Assembly: GCF_035594765.1 (NCBI RefSeq)
Contig: NC_085843.1
Location: 119,885,971 to 119,949,970, forward strand
DNA from: Anolis carolinensis
Taxonomy: Eukaryota
Direction: 5' to 3'
DNA: 64,000 nucleotides
The notes below the pieces were generated by a model. It saw only the letters and a list, made by a program, of their open reading frames with translations, made no database searches and had not been told where the DNA came from. Positions within the stretch are counted from its first letter, which is position 1. Every line of letters begins with the position of its first letter. Both the position numbers and the translations under genes were made by a program. Below are positions 1 to 11,899 of the stretch, piece by piece.

Positions 1-3
1 GGT

Positions 4-36
4 GTCAGTCCCGGTTAGCACTTGGATGGGAGACCA
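4..36 (+). mobile_element. 5S rRNA-derived fragment (5S-type SINE head or 5S pseudogene piece)
   Basis: gtcagtcccggttagcacttggatgggagacc resembles the 5S rRNA internal segment (ctggttagtacttggatgggagacc); only a fragment is present. Confidence 0.6.
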
Positions 37-75
37 TCCGTTTCAGAAGACACCATCTGGCTAAACCATCTCAGA

Positions 76-430
76 GTGCAGACAGTCCCAGGTTGCGAAT
101 GAGATAGGTTCTGTAGGTTCAATGTGTATGTAAGTCGGAACAGGTGCACTTTGCAAAGTCTAACTCCAGCCATTTCTATTTTCGTTTTGGACAGCTTTGA
201 GAAGGGTCACTGGCCCTATAACGTTTGTTTTGCTGCCTGTTCAGAAGATTTCCTGTTCAGAAGATTTCGCCTCATCTTCTATCCCTGTGACTTTGAAAAT
301 TTTGGGTTGTCGTGGAAACAAGGATCGTGATAAAGCTTCAGTGGAATCACCGTTTCCCTCACTTTCAGGAGTGAATTTCCTTTCTAAGGGGTACATTTCC
401 TCTCACTTCCGGTTGTCTCACAAATACCCC
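76..430. mobile_element. Degenerate Tc1/mariner (pogo/Tigger-like) non-autonomous element
   Basis: Starts cagacagtcccaggttgcgaatgagataggttctgtagg...gtaagtcggaacagg, a Tigger-like terminus; other end not resolved. Confidence 0.45.
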
Positions 431-529
431 CCCCCCCTTGTTTGTGATGGTCTGTGTTCCTCACCCAAGGAATGCGTGGGTCTCCCCCAGTGGACAGGGA
501 ACGTACACATAGATGTTTTGTTCTGGGAC

Positions 530-660
530 AACCCCACTTGTCTAATTTCCAACAGATTTCACAACCTCTGAGGATGCCTGCCATAGATGTAGGCGAAACG
601 TCAGGAGAGAATGCTTCTGGAACATGGCCATACAGCCCGGAAAACTCACAGCAACCCAGT
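530..660 (+). mobile_element. Penelope-like element terminal repeat (pLTR) fragment
   Basis: Near-identical to the termini flanking the GIY-YIG ORF at 4697-5597. Confidence 0.85.
565..605 (+). ncRNA. Minimal type I hammerhead ribozyme motif, intact core
   Basis: cct-CTGAGGA-t-GCCTGC-catagat-GTAGGC-GAAA-cg-TC-agg: stem I cct/agg, stem II 6 bp, predicted cleavage after GUC at 602. Confidence 0.8.
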
Positions 661-1032
661 TATTGTTATTATAGAAGCTCCGTTAGTAAGCATTGTCCAT
701 CACACCACAGCTATGGACACCTGTTTTGTTCCTTGAGGGACTAATTTCTTAATTTTGGGGTTTTTTTTTGGGGGGGGGGCAAAATATGCTCCTTTCTCTC
801 CAAAGGAGTAACCAACAGAGGAAGCGGTACAGGCGTCAAATGAACGGTGCGAGGCCTACATAAGGCTTCGGGTGCATCGATATTGTGCTCAATCCTATGG
901 AATCATGGGAGTAGTAGTTCTACAGGGTCTTTCGCCTCCTTTACTAAAGAGTGTTGGTGTCCTACCAAACCCACAAGCCCTGGAGTTCCATAGCTTTTGG
1001 CCATGACAGTTCAAGTAGTGAATTAATTAGAT

Positions 1033-1161
1033 CAGTGGTTCCCAACCTTTGGGCCTCCAGGTGTTTTGGACTTCCAGAAATCCCAGCCAGTTTACCAGCT
1101 GTAAGGAACTGTGGGAGCTGATGTCCAAAACACCTGGAGGCCCAAAGGTTGGGAACCACTG
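1033..1161. mobile_element. hAT (Charlie-like) palindromic MITE
   Basis: TIRs cagtggttcccaacctttgggcc / gggcccaaaggttgggaaccactg; internal arms also inverted; TSD not conserved. Confidence 0.8.
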
Positions 1162-1379
1162 ACTGCAGCCTTGCTTAGGGCCGGGTTATTTACACGACCA
1201 CAAACAGAATCCTTGGAGGTCTCCGACTTCCTCACATGTGGCTTACATTTTCCAAGCTCAGGCAGGGAAAAAAGAAAAGAAATGGATGGCATTGCAGCGA
1301 TCGTTTCCCAGCGCTGCAAATATTTGAATGGTGCATCTCTCTCTCTCACACACACACTTTCTCTGTTTCTCTCTCTCTC

Positions 1380-1860
1380 CCCCCATTCCCGGCTGCCTCT
1401 CATTCTGCAAAGCGGAGCAGCTGTCAGTCAGCTGGCTTTGACAACCTGCCACAATTTTTGTCACTTAATAGTGGGTGTTAGGCTAAGTGCAAAACACTCT
1501 GGCAAACAGATGTCAAACCGACATCTCATACAAACGTGGGTTGTGAAATTGAGTTTTAGCCCACACGCTTTTCCCGCTCAGCCTTCCCCCCCCCCAACAC
1601 ATTTTCCCCCTCCCCCCCTTCTTTTTTCCCAGCGTGTAAACTGTGTACAAACCCGAGAGACGAGCCTCGCAGTCTCCGGCCGGCTGGGCTTGTTATTTGA
1701 AAAGGAGGCGTCTTTGGAAACCTAACCCCCAAATTACCGGCGCTGTCTCTCTTCTTTCGCTGAGAAAAGGGAAAGCGGAGAGAAACCGGGCCCTGGAGGG
1801 AGGTCTGCGCTCCCAGGACAAAGGCCGCAGACCCCAGGGGACGGCGGTCCAGATAGCCAC
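1380..1860. promoter_or_regulatory. Candidate enhancer/promoter block with small CpG-rich island
   Basis: Repeat-free; paired CAGCTG E-boxes and TGTCA motifs at ~1418-1465; CpG-dense at 1660-1850. Confidence 0.4.
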
Positions 1861-1869
1861 AAACAGCAC

Positions 1870-1881
1870 CATTATTATTAT

Positions 1882-1913
<32 letters not shown>

Positions 1914-1995
1914 TTCAGGGGAAGGCAGTCGAGATATTAGGAAAAAACATTATTATTATTACTATTATTATCATGGTAGTTATGTTATTAAGAAA

Positions 1996-2035
<40 letters not shown>

Positions 2036-2130
2036 CAGGGGATAGTAGTCGAGGTACTAAGAAATATCACCATCAACATTATTATTACTATTCAGGGGAT
2101 GATAGTCGAGATATTAAGAAGCTTCACTGA

Positions 2131-2176
<46 letters not shown>

Positions 2177-2706
2177 CAGGCAATAGTAGTCGATATATTA
2201 GGAAAAGCATTTTATTATTATTATTCGGGGTGGTAGTTGAGTTTTAAAGAAACATCACTGATATTATTCAGGGGATAGCAGCTAAGATATTGAGAAACAT
2301 TATTACTATTCAGAGAATAGCAGTCGAAATATTAAGAAATATCAGTATCATTATTATTATTAATTATTAAGCAGGGTATAGTAGTCGAGATGTTAAGAAA
2401 CATCACTATTATTAAACATCATTAATAATAATTACCAATTATTATTATTATTATTATTGAGGAAACATAGAAAGACACATCACTGCTACTACTATTGTTA
2501 TTAATAATAATCAATAGTGGGTGGTAGTCGAGATATTAAGAAAAACTGATATTATTATTCAGGGGATAGCAGTCGAGACTAAGGGGAGAGCAGTCGAGAT
2601 ATTAAGAAATGTCAATAATAATAATAATAATAATAATAAATCAGGGTATGGTAGTCGAGATATTAAGACACATCACTATTATTAAACATTATTATTGTTA
2701 ATTACC

Positions 2707-2749
<43 letters not shown>

Positions 2750-3200
2750 GGAATAGCAGTCGAGGTATTAAGAAACACCACTGCTAATATTATTGTTAAG
2801 GAGTCCCGGTGGCGAAGTGCGTTAAAGCTCTGAGCTGCTGAACTTGCAGATCGAAAGGTCCCAGGTTCAAATCCCGGGAGCGGCTTGAGCGCCCGCTGTT
2901 AGCTCCAGCTCCTGCCAACCTAGCAGTTCGAAAACATGCCAATGTGAGTAGATCAATAGGTACCGCTTCGGCGGGAAGGTAACGGCGCTCCATGCAGTCA
3001 TGCCGGCCACATGACCTTGGAGGTGTCTACGGACAACGCCGGCTCTTCGGCTTAGAAATGGAGATGAGCACCAACCCCCAGAATCAGACATGACTAGACT
3101 TAGTCGAGATATTAAAGACATCACTGCTTTATTATTATTATTAGTGATCAATAGTGGATGGCAGTCATTAAGAAATATCAGTATTATTATTACTAATCAT
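1870..3200. repeat. Compound minisatellite: ~40-bp core (cagggatagtagtcgagatattaagaaacatcact) separated by variable (ATT)n/(AAT)n tracts
   Basis: More than a dozen degenerate cores visible; interrupted by a SINE at 2800-3102. Confidence 0.9.
2800..3102 (+). mobile_element. Sauria SINE, 3' tail missing
   Basis: tRNA-like head with A/B boxes (ggtggcgaagtgcg...ggttcaaatccc); body matches the copies at 21788 and 31101. Confidence 0.9.
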
Positions 3201-4057
3201 CGTCATCGGACTGAATTTGGTTGCTAAAATGTGTTGTTGTCACGTTTCCGACTTACGGAGACCCTTCTTGACTTCTCGAGGAAGGCCTTTGCCTTCCTCT
3301 GAGGCCGAGAGAGTGTGACTTGCTCAAGGTCACTCAATGGGATTCCATCCATGGTCTCCCGGTGCTGGCCCCCAGGCTCAAACTTGCCCTTTTCTTCTCC
3401 AGTAGATCCAATTGATCTATGTTGCCTCGCCACCCAACAATCTTTGAAGGGAGCTGCTGTAGTCGGGAGGATCCCAGTCATTATTATGACAATCGGCCCT
3501 CCGAATCCACGGATTCTTCACCCACGGATTCAAGCATCCGCGGCTTGGAAAAACTCTCCAAAGACTAAATTTTGATTTTCCCTTCGGAAATAAATGGATC
3601 CCTGCGATGTTTCCACTGTCCCTTTCCCGCTTAAACCCCTTGATGCGATGACGAAGAAGGAAGGGGAATATGTTGAATAAATACCCCGGAATGAAAGGAA
3701 AGGATCGGAAATAAGCTTTTAGGGCGACCTTTCAAAAAAGTAAAATAATTGAAAATATATATCTTTATGGACTACTGTTTGATCCTATCTCTTTAGGGTA
3801 GGATCCAGCCTAACCTTGTTACCCAAAGTGATCCTGAAGCAGGCCTGGAGACCGCGTGTATCATTCTCTGTAGTTTTTAGACGGAGAAAATAATTCCCTC
3901 ACTTTCCGCTTCAGTGTGAAATTGGAGACATTGATAAAGGAATGGCCCCTCCCGGGTCTTCGGGTGTCTCTTGTGTTCTGTCGGGACCTTCGATGGCAAG
4001 CTTTTTAATGTATTACCTTCTGCTTTTGTGTAAGAGATTCTGACATGTTCTTTCATC

Positions 4058-4481
4058 CGGAATCACTGGGTTGCTGTGAGTTTTCCGGGCTGAATGGCCA
4101 TGTTCCAGAATCACTCTCTCCTGACGTTTCGCCCACATCTATGGCAGGCATCCTCAGAGGTTGTGAGGTTTGTTGGAAAATTATGCAAGTGGAGTTTATT
4201 ATATATCTGTAAAATATACAGGGTGGGAAAAAGAACTCAAGTGTGAATGTTGCAATTAATCGCCTTGATTAGCAGTGAAAAGCTTTGCAGCTTCAAAGCC
4301 TAGCTGCTTCCTGCTTGGGGGGAATCCTTTGTTGGGAGGTGTTAGCTGTCCCTGATTGATTCCTGTCTGAAGTTCTCCTGTTTTCAGAGTGTTGTTCTTT
4401 ATTTACTGTTTTTTAATACTGGTAGCCAGATTTTGTTCGTTTTCATGGTTTTCTCTGTGCAGACATGAAACAATCAGGGCC
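4058..4481 (-). mobile_element. Penelope-like element 3' fragment with pLTR
   Basis: Colinear with 4697-5090; short inverted piece at ~4460-4481. Confidence 0.85.
4120..4160 (-). ncRNA. Minimal type I hammerhead ribozyme motif, intact core
   Basis: Reverse complement reads cct-CTGAGGA-tgcctgccatagatgtgggc-GAAA-cg-TC-agg. Confidence 0.8.
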
Positions 4482-4696
4482 GCGGTGCTAAATCATTCCT
4501 TGCTTTAGAAACGTCCTACACGTTTGGATTATAATGATGGCATTCATTTCTATTCCCCTCTTTTCCTGAATGGAAGGCGGCTTGCAAAAGTAAAAACAGA
4601 CAGAAGTTAAAATGTAACCCCTTCATTAATTAAAAAATATAATTAAATTCTCAATAAAATTGAAAGCCGTTAAAAGCGCAAAAAGAAGAACAAGGC

Positions 4697-5597
4697 GGGT
4701 TGCTGTGAGTTTTCCGGGCAGTATGACCATGTCTCAGAAGCCTTCTCTCCTGAAGTTTCGTCCACATCTATGGCAGGCATTCCCAGATGTTGTGAGGTCT
4801 GTTGCAAATTAGACAAGTGGGGTTTCCCACTGCAGGGTGAGAGAATGAACTCTTGTCTTTTTGAGGCAAGTGTAAATGTTGCAATTGGCCAGCTTGATTA
4901 GCATTGAATAGCCTTTCAGCTTCAAAGCCTGGCTGCCCCGCCTGGGGGATCCTTTGTTGAAAAGTGTTGGCCCTGATTATTTCTTGTCTGGAATTACTCT
5001 GTTTTCTGAGTGTTGTTCTTTATTTACTTTCCTGATTTTAGAGTTTTTTTTAATACTAGTAGGCAGAATTTGTTCATTTTCATGGTTTCCTCCTTTCTGT
5101 TAAAATTGTCCACCTGCTTATGGATTTCAGTGGCTTTTCTGTGTAGTCTGTGGAGTGGTCCAGCATTTCTGTGTTTTCAGGTAATATACTGTGTCCAGGA
5201 TGGTTCATCAAGTCTTCTGCTATGGCTGACTTCTCTGGTGGAGTTAGTCTGCAGTGCCTTTCATGTTCCTTGATTGGTGTTTGGGCAATGCTGTGTTTGG
5301 TGGTCCCTATGTAGACTTGTCCACAGCTGCACGATATAGGGTAGACTCCTGCAGAGGTGAGGCCATTTGAAATATTCACACCTGCCTCAGGCAACAAGAG
5401 TTCATTCGCCCACCCTGGACATTCCACAGATATATAAATCTCACTTACTTAGTTTCCAACAGACCTCACAACCTCTGAGGATGCCTGCTATAGATGTGGG
5501 TGAAACATCAGGAGAGAATGCTTCTGGAACATGGCCATACAGCTCTGAAAACTTGCAGCAACCCAGTGATTCCAGCCATGAAAGCCTTCAACAACAC
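4697..5597 (-). mobile_element. Truncated Penelope-like element with inverted pLTRs
   Basis: Minus-strand body 4697-~5365 joined to plus-strand pLTR ~5366-5597; flanked by aagaacaaggc (4686-4696) / aagaataaggc (5598-5608), a 10/11 TSD. Confidence 0.9.
5110..5365 (-). pseudogene. Penelope GIY-YIG endonuclease remnant
   Basis: Translation SAGVYPISCSCGQVYIGTTKHSIAQTPIKEHERH has the GVY...CxC...YIG pattern and conserved His residues of Penelope endonucleases. Confidence 0.9.
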
Positions 5598-5953
5598 AAG
5601 AATAAGGCAATTTTCACTCATCAAGGTCTTCACTAGTCCACAAAAGGATAGCAGATTTGACACCACTTTAACTGCCTTGGCTCAATGCTATCCTGGGATT
5701 TCTAGAGAAGACTAAAGACCTTGCCAAACTACAACTCCCATGCTTCCTCCAAGGCCAGTGGAAACAGATCATCAGCTACACAGGAAAGGGTAGCAAAATA
5801 CCCTTTCCAGGCTAATCTGTTTAGGAAGGGAATTCTAGAGCAACCCATTTGAAGATCTGCAGTTTTTAAGAAGAAAAGGAGTATGTACTTCTCCACCATT
5901 CTTCTGGAAGTGGACTTTTAGAAGCTCTGGAGTTGATAGAAAGGTCCCAGCTG

Positions 5954-6082
5954 AGCCCCCATCTACAGTGCCATATAAAATCCACATGATCTGCTTTGAA
6001 TTGAATCATATAAGTCTACACTGCAATATAATCCAGTTCAAAGCAGATAATCTGGATTTTATATAACAGTGTAGAAAGAGCC
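5954..6082. mobile_element. Palindromic MITE, probably PIF/Harbinger-like (relatives at ~24678-24827, 33680-33890, 56820-56947)
   Basis: Inverted termini (g)cccc-atctaca...tgtaga-ggggcc with internal aaagcagataat repeats. Confidence 0.6.
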
Positions 6083-7555
6083 TAAGTTAATGTTAAAGTA
6101 CTGCTGAGGGTGTGTATTTACACTATATAATACTACTTTAACCACCGTAAATCAATGCTATGGGGTCCTGGGAATGTAGTTTCAGAATGCATTTAGCCTT
6201 CTCTGCAAAAGAGATTTGGTGCCTCACCAACAAACACATCAGCTTTGAGGGTTTTCTGGTAAGATTTGTTTGGAAGGAGTTTGCCTTCTTCTGAAGTCAG
6301 GAGACGGTGACTTTCTCCAGGTCACCCAGTGGGAGTTTCCATGGCTGAGTGGGATTCCAACCAGTTTCTTCAAAGTCCTAGTCCAACACTATACCACACT
6401 GGGTCAATATAGGATCTAACTTCAGCCTGATCTGTAAACAATGACTTCCACCGCAACCCTGAACACACTTCAGAGTTGATGCTATTGAGCACCTTGTAAA
6501 TGCATATAGGCCTTTAAAATACACAAAACAACTCAATCCTGTAATTTTACAAATAGGCACACAGGCAAGATATTTTATGGAGCATCATCTTGTTTCATAT
6601 TTTAATTTAAAACATTGGAAATAAATGGGGCTTTCTTCCAAGACAAGAGGATCAGATATAAAGTCACAATTGATCATTGAAAGTGGATTTGCAGTCACTG
6701 AGGATTTCGTGCATTTTGTGCACTTTGACACACATTTACAAATGCACATAGCTTATTACACTGTGGATCTTTATAGCAGTACACCTAGAAATCAAAGATG
6801 TGAAGTAGCTTGTAAAATCTTATTTTATTGGGACTTTATTTCCAGTGGGTCCATTTTGTAATTGAACATCCCCCCCCCCCCACACACAGACTCAATTGGG
6901 TATACCTTACCCTGTTAGCCCTAGTAAGTCAACATTCCTATAAAAGATTAGTACTCATATATAGGATATTTGTGGACAGATTGAAATGTTTTCTCATGTG
7001 CCTGGCTCCCTTTTCTTTCAGTAAAATGGAATTAAGTTGTTCTTCTAATCAAAACTGAAATGGATTTTGTCAGAGCTATGCAATTTTGATCAACCTTGGC
7101 AGTTTTATGAAGTGTAGCAATGAAGTCCACTGGCAGCCTGACTCCCTTAACATTGCTCCAGAGTCTTTAACTGCACTGTCATCAGAATCGTATTTATGGT
7201 TGGTTGGGGGTTAGTTGATGGACAGACAGACAGACAGATGGATAGACAGATAGAGGGAATTGTTTACTATGGGTAACCCTGAAAACAAGACATCAAAGAT
7301 TGTGTGTGTAAATTACTCTGACACACTTTCCACTTTCCACTTGCCTGCTATAGCAGCCCATAAATATTTCAAAGGGTTTTCTTAGGCAAGGAATACTCAG
7401 ATAGTTTTGCCCATTCCTTCCTCTGAAATGGTATTTGTAGATGGTCTCCCACACTGATAAAATAAAACCAAAACAGTCTGTTGAGGACTTGGTGATTTAA
7501 GGGAAGGTTTCATGGTTCTGACCATAAATATTTATCCAGATCTCAACATTGTTTC

Positions 7556-8171
7556 TGTTGGGAATGGATGGGCCTTTAAGCTCTAATCACCCTCTTTATG
7601 AGGTAAATTCCCATTAAAATAGCAGAGTAAAAATTGCAGCAGCAGTGAGACTTAGGCGGTGTGAGTTTGGAAGGCCTCTGTGTTATCGGGAAGGCAAAGG
7701 GATGCAAAGTTAGCTTTAAAGTTTAAAAGCATTTATTGAGGTAAAAAGAAATCCATTGATGGATAGAAAAGGTTCGGACATAACTAGCTAATCTATCCTG
7801 TTGTAATACACATAGATGGATTAAAATAACAAAGCTCTAGATAGCTACATCTTGACTAATAGAGGACAGAGGTGCATCCTCTCTGGAACAAAGCAGGAAG
7901 CTGGAATGGCGACCAAGCCTCGTGGGACTGTTCTTCTCTAGGGCCATAAACATTCCAAAGGCCAAATTGGGGAAGTTATGTCAAAGCCCTAGGAGAGATC
8001 ACATTTCTAGAAACATCAAAGGGTGGGCTGACCTAAATAGGACAGTAAGCAGGAAACAATGGTGAATCTTATCTAGGCATGCTTTGGAAACGGGGAAAGG
8101 ATTCCCTCAATCTAACTCTATCATCTATCTGACTACATTTAGACTTGAGTAGTCCAGGATGATTCCCAACA
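7556..8171 (-). mobile_element. Solo LTR (616 bp)
   Basis: TG...CA ends with perfect 10-bp inverted termini tgttgggaat/attcccaaca; flanks gtttc/gtttt (4/5 TSD); AATAAA on the minus strand at ~7732. Confidence 0.7.
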
Positions 8172-9606
8172 GTTTTAAACCCTGATTTACACATGAAAAA
8201 AAGGATGTACTCCAGATAATTTCACTGGAGAAAAGGTAAGAAGAGCAAATTAGATCAACTTACTTGCCCCTAATTCACCCTAGTTAGTTATGAAGCTTCA
8301 GATCTAAACTGGGTGACACATGCATCTACAGTCTGATGAAACAGCTAACCTAAGATTTCAATTATTTTCAGTATTTTGATGCCCTACTCCTAGCAGGTGG
8401 AACTATGCTTAAAAAACCCCCTATTTTTACTACCATGAGGACTAGAAAAAAAGCTGAATATTGAACTTCTCAAAAATTGAAATCTATATAATTCTTGGGT
8501 TTGTTGTTGTTACCAAGGAATGATACCATACAAATGAGGATACCATACAAAACTCACCACTAGGTATTCTCTAGGGTGGACAACTTTGTTTACTGTTAAA
8601 ACCTAATGCTCCCCACCTGATGTGTTGGACTAGAAATTCCATTGTCCCTCCTAAGTATAGCAATGGTTATGCAGACTTGGCATGACAGCAATTGTAACCC
8701 AGCATATCTAGAAGTATGGAAATGCAGTTGTTCTCATATTTTCCAGACATTTCAGAAGCTCCATGAAACATGGAGAATGGCCCAGGAATTTTGGAACTGA
8801 AGTCTAAGACATCTGGAAGACCAAAGATTGAAACCCACTGAGATGACATATTAAGGAGACAAACCACACAGCTTGCTTGTTATATCATTTTGCTATTGCT
8901 TCTTAACTGTATATTTAAAAAATTACTAAGTCACCAGCACCACCTCAAACCTTATCAGCTATTCTATGAGTAATTTATTTTAAAAGTGACATGTTTACTG
9001 TATAAAACCATGCTGGTATTTTCTGTGCCCCCTTAAGTCTCAATTTACTAATAGATATCCTTGAACTTTGGATATGAGCATATGTAGTTTTCTGTTACAT
9101 TGGCATCGCCTCTAATGAATGAAATAATAATTTTGCTTGGACTACTGTGTTCTGCTTCCATCAATGTTCCTGATCAACCCAAAGTTACAGCCTGTTTATG
9201 TTATACTAGGTCTATAAATCCACAAATGTATCTATTCGAACCAAGTTCCTTGGATAACTTACTGCAGTTTGAAGAAGCAATAACTTAGAATTCAATAAAT
9301 AGTTTCAGAACCTTGTGCATTCAGGTAAGCCATGCACATTTTAATTCATGTACATTTATGTTTTGACCTAACCTAGTGAAATAGGTGTGAAACCCTGAGC
9401 ACATCCTATATTAATGTCTCAAATGATAAAAGCAGAGGGAATGCCCCCCCCCCCCCCACAAGAGTCTGCACAAATTCTTTTGAAAGAGCAGAAATGAGTT
9501 GCTTTACATGAATGCCTGGCCTATCGTTAGGGAAGAGGGGGAGGCAGCCATCCAAGCAGCAGATATTTATATATCATGAGAGAGCAATACACAGATAGCT
9601 ATTTAT

Positions 9607-9822
9607 GGGTGCATCTACACTATAGAATTAATGCAGTTTGACACCACTTCAACTGCTATAGCTCAATGCTACAGAACCCAGGAATCTAGTTTTACAAGGT
9701 CTTTGGCCTTCTCTCCCAAAGGACAATGTTGTTTCATCAAACTACAACTCCCAGGGTTTCATAGCATTGAGCCATGTCAGGTGAAGTGGTGTAAAAACTG
9801 CATAAATACTATAGTATAAATA
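9607..9822. mobile_element. Harbinger-like MITE (gggtgcatctacact family; remnants at ~30140, 42520-42900, 44580-44830, 45805, 46545)
   Basis: Inverted arms gaattaatgcagtttgacaccact / gtggtgtaaaaactgcataaat. Confidence 0.6.
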
Positions 9823-11147
9823 CATAATCTCAGCACTCAATCATTCCTCATTTTTCATCTCATTTCTTTCTCAAACGTAAGAAATATGCCACAAGCCTGC
9901 CTTACTTGATTTAAAGTGCGATGCAAATTTGTCAGAATGCCTGAAAACCGCACCCCACCCCACTCAAGGAGGGAAACTCTAAAACAAAATATTTGCTTTG
10001 TTTTAAAAAATATTTTTAAAAGTCAGTAATTGTGAATGCTTACTGTTGTTGCACTAAGCAAGCAGATAACATGATGAAAACTGCCCTTGTGTGAACACAG
10101 GCTCTTATTTTATGAAGAACCAAGAGTACAGTTTATACAGACATGGAATAAGACCTCTTTTGAATAAAACAATCTGCATAAATGCTTAAAGAAAGCCTAT
10201 AATTATGATAAAAATGTTGCTCAAAGTTAAAATTATGAAGCAATCAAGATTTATAAACACTCTCTCATCAACTTTTAATCACACTTTCAGTTTTTCATAT
10301 ATGAATTGTATATGGAACAAGCATAACAATATGTTCCTTGGGATGGATCCACACATTTGTTTAGCATGCCAAATCCAGTGGATTTCTCTGGTCATGTTAT
10401 CTCTGCCCTACCACATTTCGAGGCATTTCTCATCATACATATATAGACAATGCCTTGTCATTCAAATGCAGTCCCACATGCGGAGGAATAATGAACAACT
10501 TTGGATTTTGGATGCATTTGCAAATCTACCCTTAATCTGAGGCTCTATCCAAAGAAAGGTATTAAAACAAAAGGATAATGTGACTGGGAAACATACATTT
10601 TAAAGACTACATTCTATACTACAGTGTTTAAAATGCATGGACCAGTTTGACCAGAACTATCATTCTAGTATTTATAGTCCAATAAAGCAATTATTTCAAA
10701 TTCTGCACAGTTATAACCTAGTACATATTTTTGTTAAGACACCAGTAGTAATAGTAGGTGTTTTCTGCTAGCTAGTCTGTTGAAAGAACATTAAGCCCAC
10801 GTTGCTTCAAGGGAGATTGTTTATTTTACATGCTATCAAATAGAAAATATCTAAAGCAGTGTGGGCAAAGAATGGGCTACAGAGCACATATGTACGTTCG
10901 CCTAATGTATTTGCAGCCCCAGCCTCCTAGTGATTCCCAGATGCCCCCTCAAAAGGATACTGACATTGTAATTTGCCACCAAAATTTGCTTTATGGTCAG
11001 TGGAGAAAGAAATAATGTTAACTGGGACTAAAGTCAAGAGGATGGCCATTACAATATTGTATTATGCAATCAATATCATATTAAAGTCAACCAAAATACA
11101 TCTAAGGTTCATTTACATGTAAATATACAATGAAAAATAATTAAATA

Positions 11148-11487
11148 CAGTAAAATCTCACTTATCCAACACTCGCTTATCCAGCGTTCTGGATTATCTA
11201 ATGCAGTCTGCCTTTTAGTAGTCAATGTTTTTGTAGTCAATCTTTTCAATACATTGTGATGTTTTGGTGCTAAATTCGTAAATAATTACTACATAACATT
11301 GCTGTGTATTGAACTGCTTTTTCTGTCTAATTTTTTGTAAAACATGATGTTTTGGTGCTTACTTTGTAAAATCATAATGTAATTTGATGTTTAATAGGCT
11401 TTTCCTTAATCCCTCCTTATTATCCAACATATTTGCTTATCCAACGTTCTGCCGGCCCATTTATGTTGGACAAGTGAGACTCTACTG
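11148..11487. mobile_element. Tc1/mariner MITE
   Basis: TIRs cagtaaaatctcacttatccaac / gttggacaagtgagactctactg, TA on both sides. Confidence 0.9.
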
Positions 11488-11899
11488 TACATACAATTGG
11501 GGGATTTTATTTGTTCATAGTGGGTGAATAATGCCTATAAAATATGTGTTGTGTAGGATCTTCTGGAACTTCTGTGCTGGGGAAAAGAAGGCAGGATATA
11601 CATTAAATGCGTGCATGTGCACATTAGTTATTCCTACCCAAAAAGTGGTGTTGAGTGATTGCTGCTCAACTCCTCAGCCACTGGACTGTGGGATCCTCTG
11701 GTTTCTCTTCTGTCCTCCATGCTATTTAATATAAACATGAAACTACTGGGAGAGGTTGCCTGGTGTTTCAGTTTTAGCTACCACCAGCATGCTGAAAACC
11801 ATCAACTCTATCTCTCCTTTCCATTCAACTCCAATGAAGCTGCTACCAGGCAAACACACCACCTGGTATCAGTAATGAGTAGAAGGGAGGAAATAAATT

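Noticed and set aside
1111-1725. 204-aa ORF
   Set aside because: Starts in a MITE, crosses CT/CA microsatellites and C runs; no recognisable domain
2800-2880. tRNA-like A/B boxes
   Set aside because: SINE head, not a complete cloverleaf tRNA
1870-3200. CRISPR-like repeat/spacer appearance; 197-aa ORF at 1643-2236
   Set aside because: Spacers are ATT microsatellites, repeats are degenerate, the DNA is eukaryotic and there are no cas genes; the ORF is poly-Ile/Thr from the repeat
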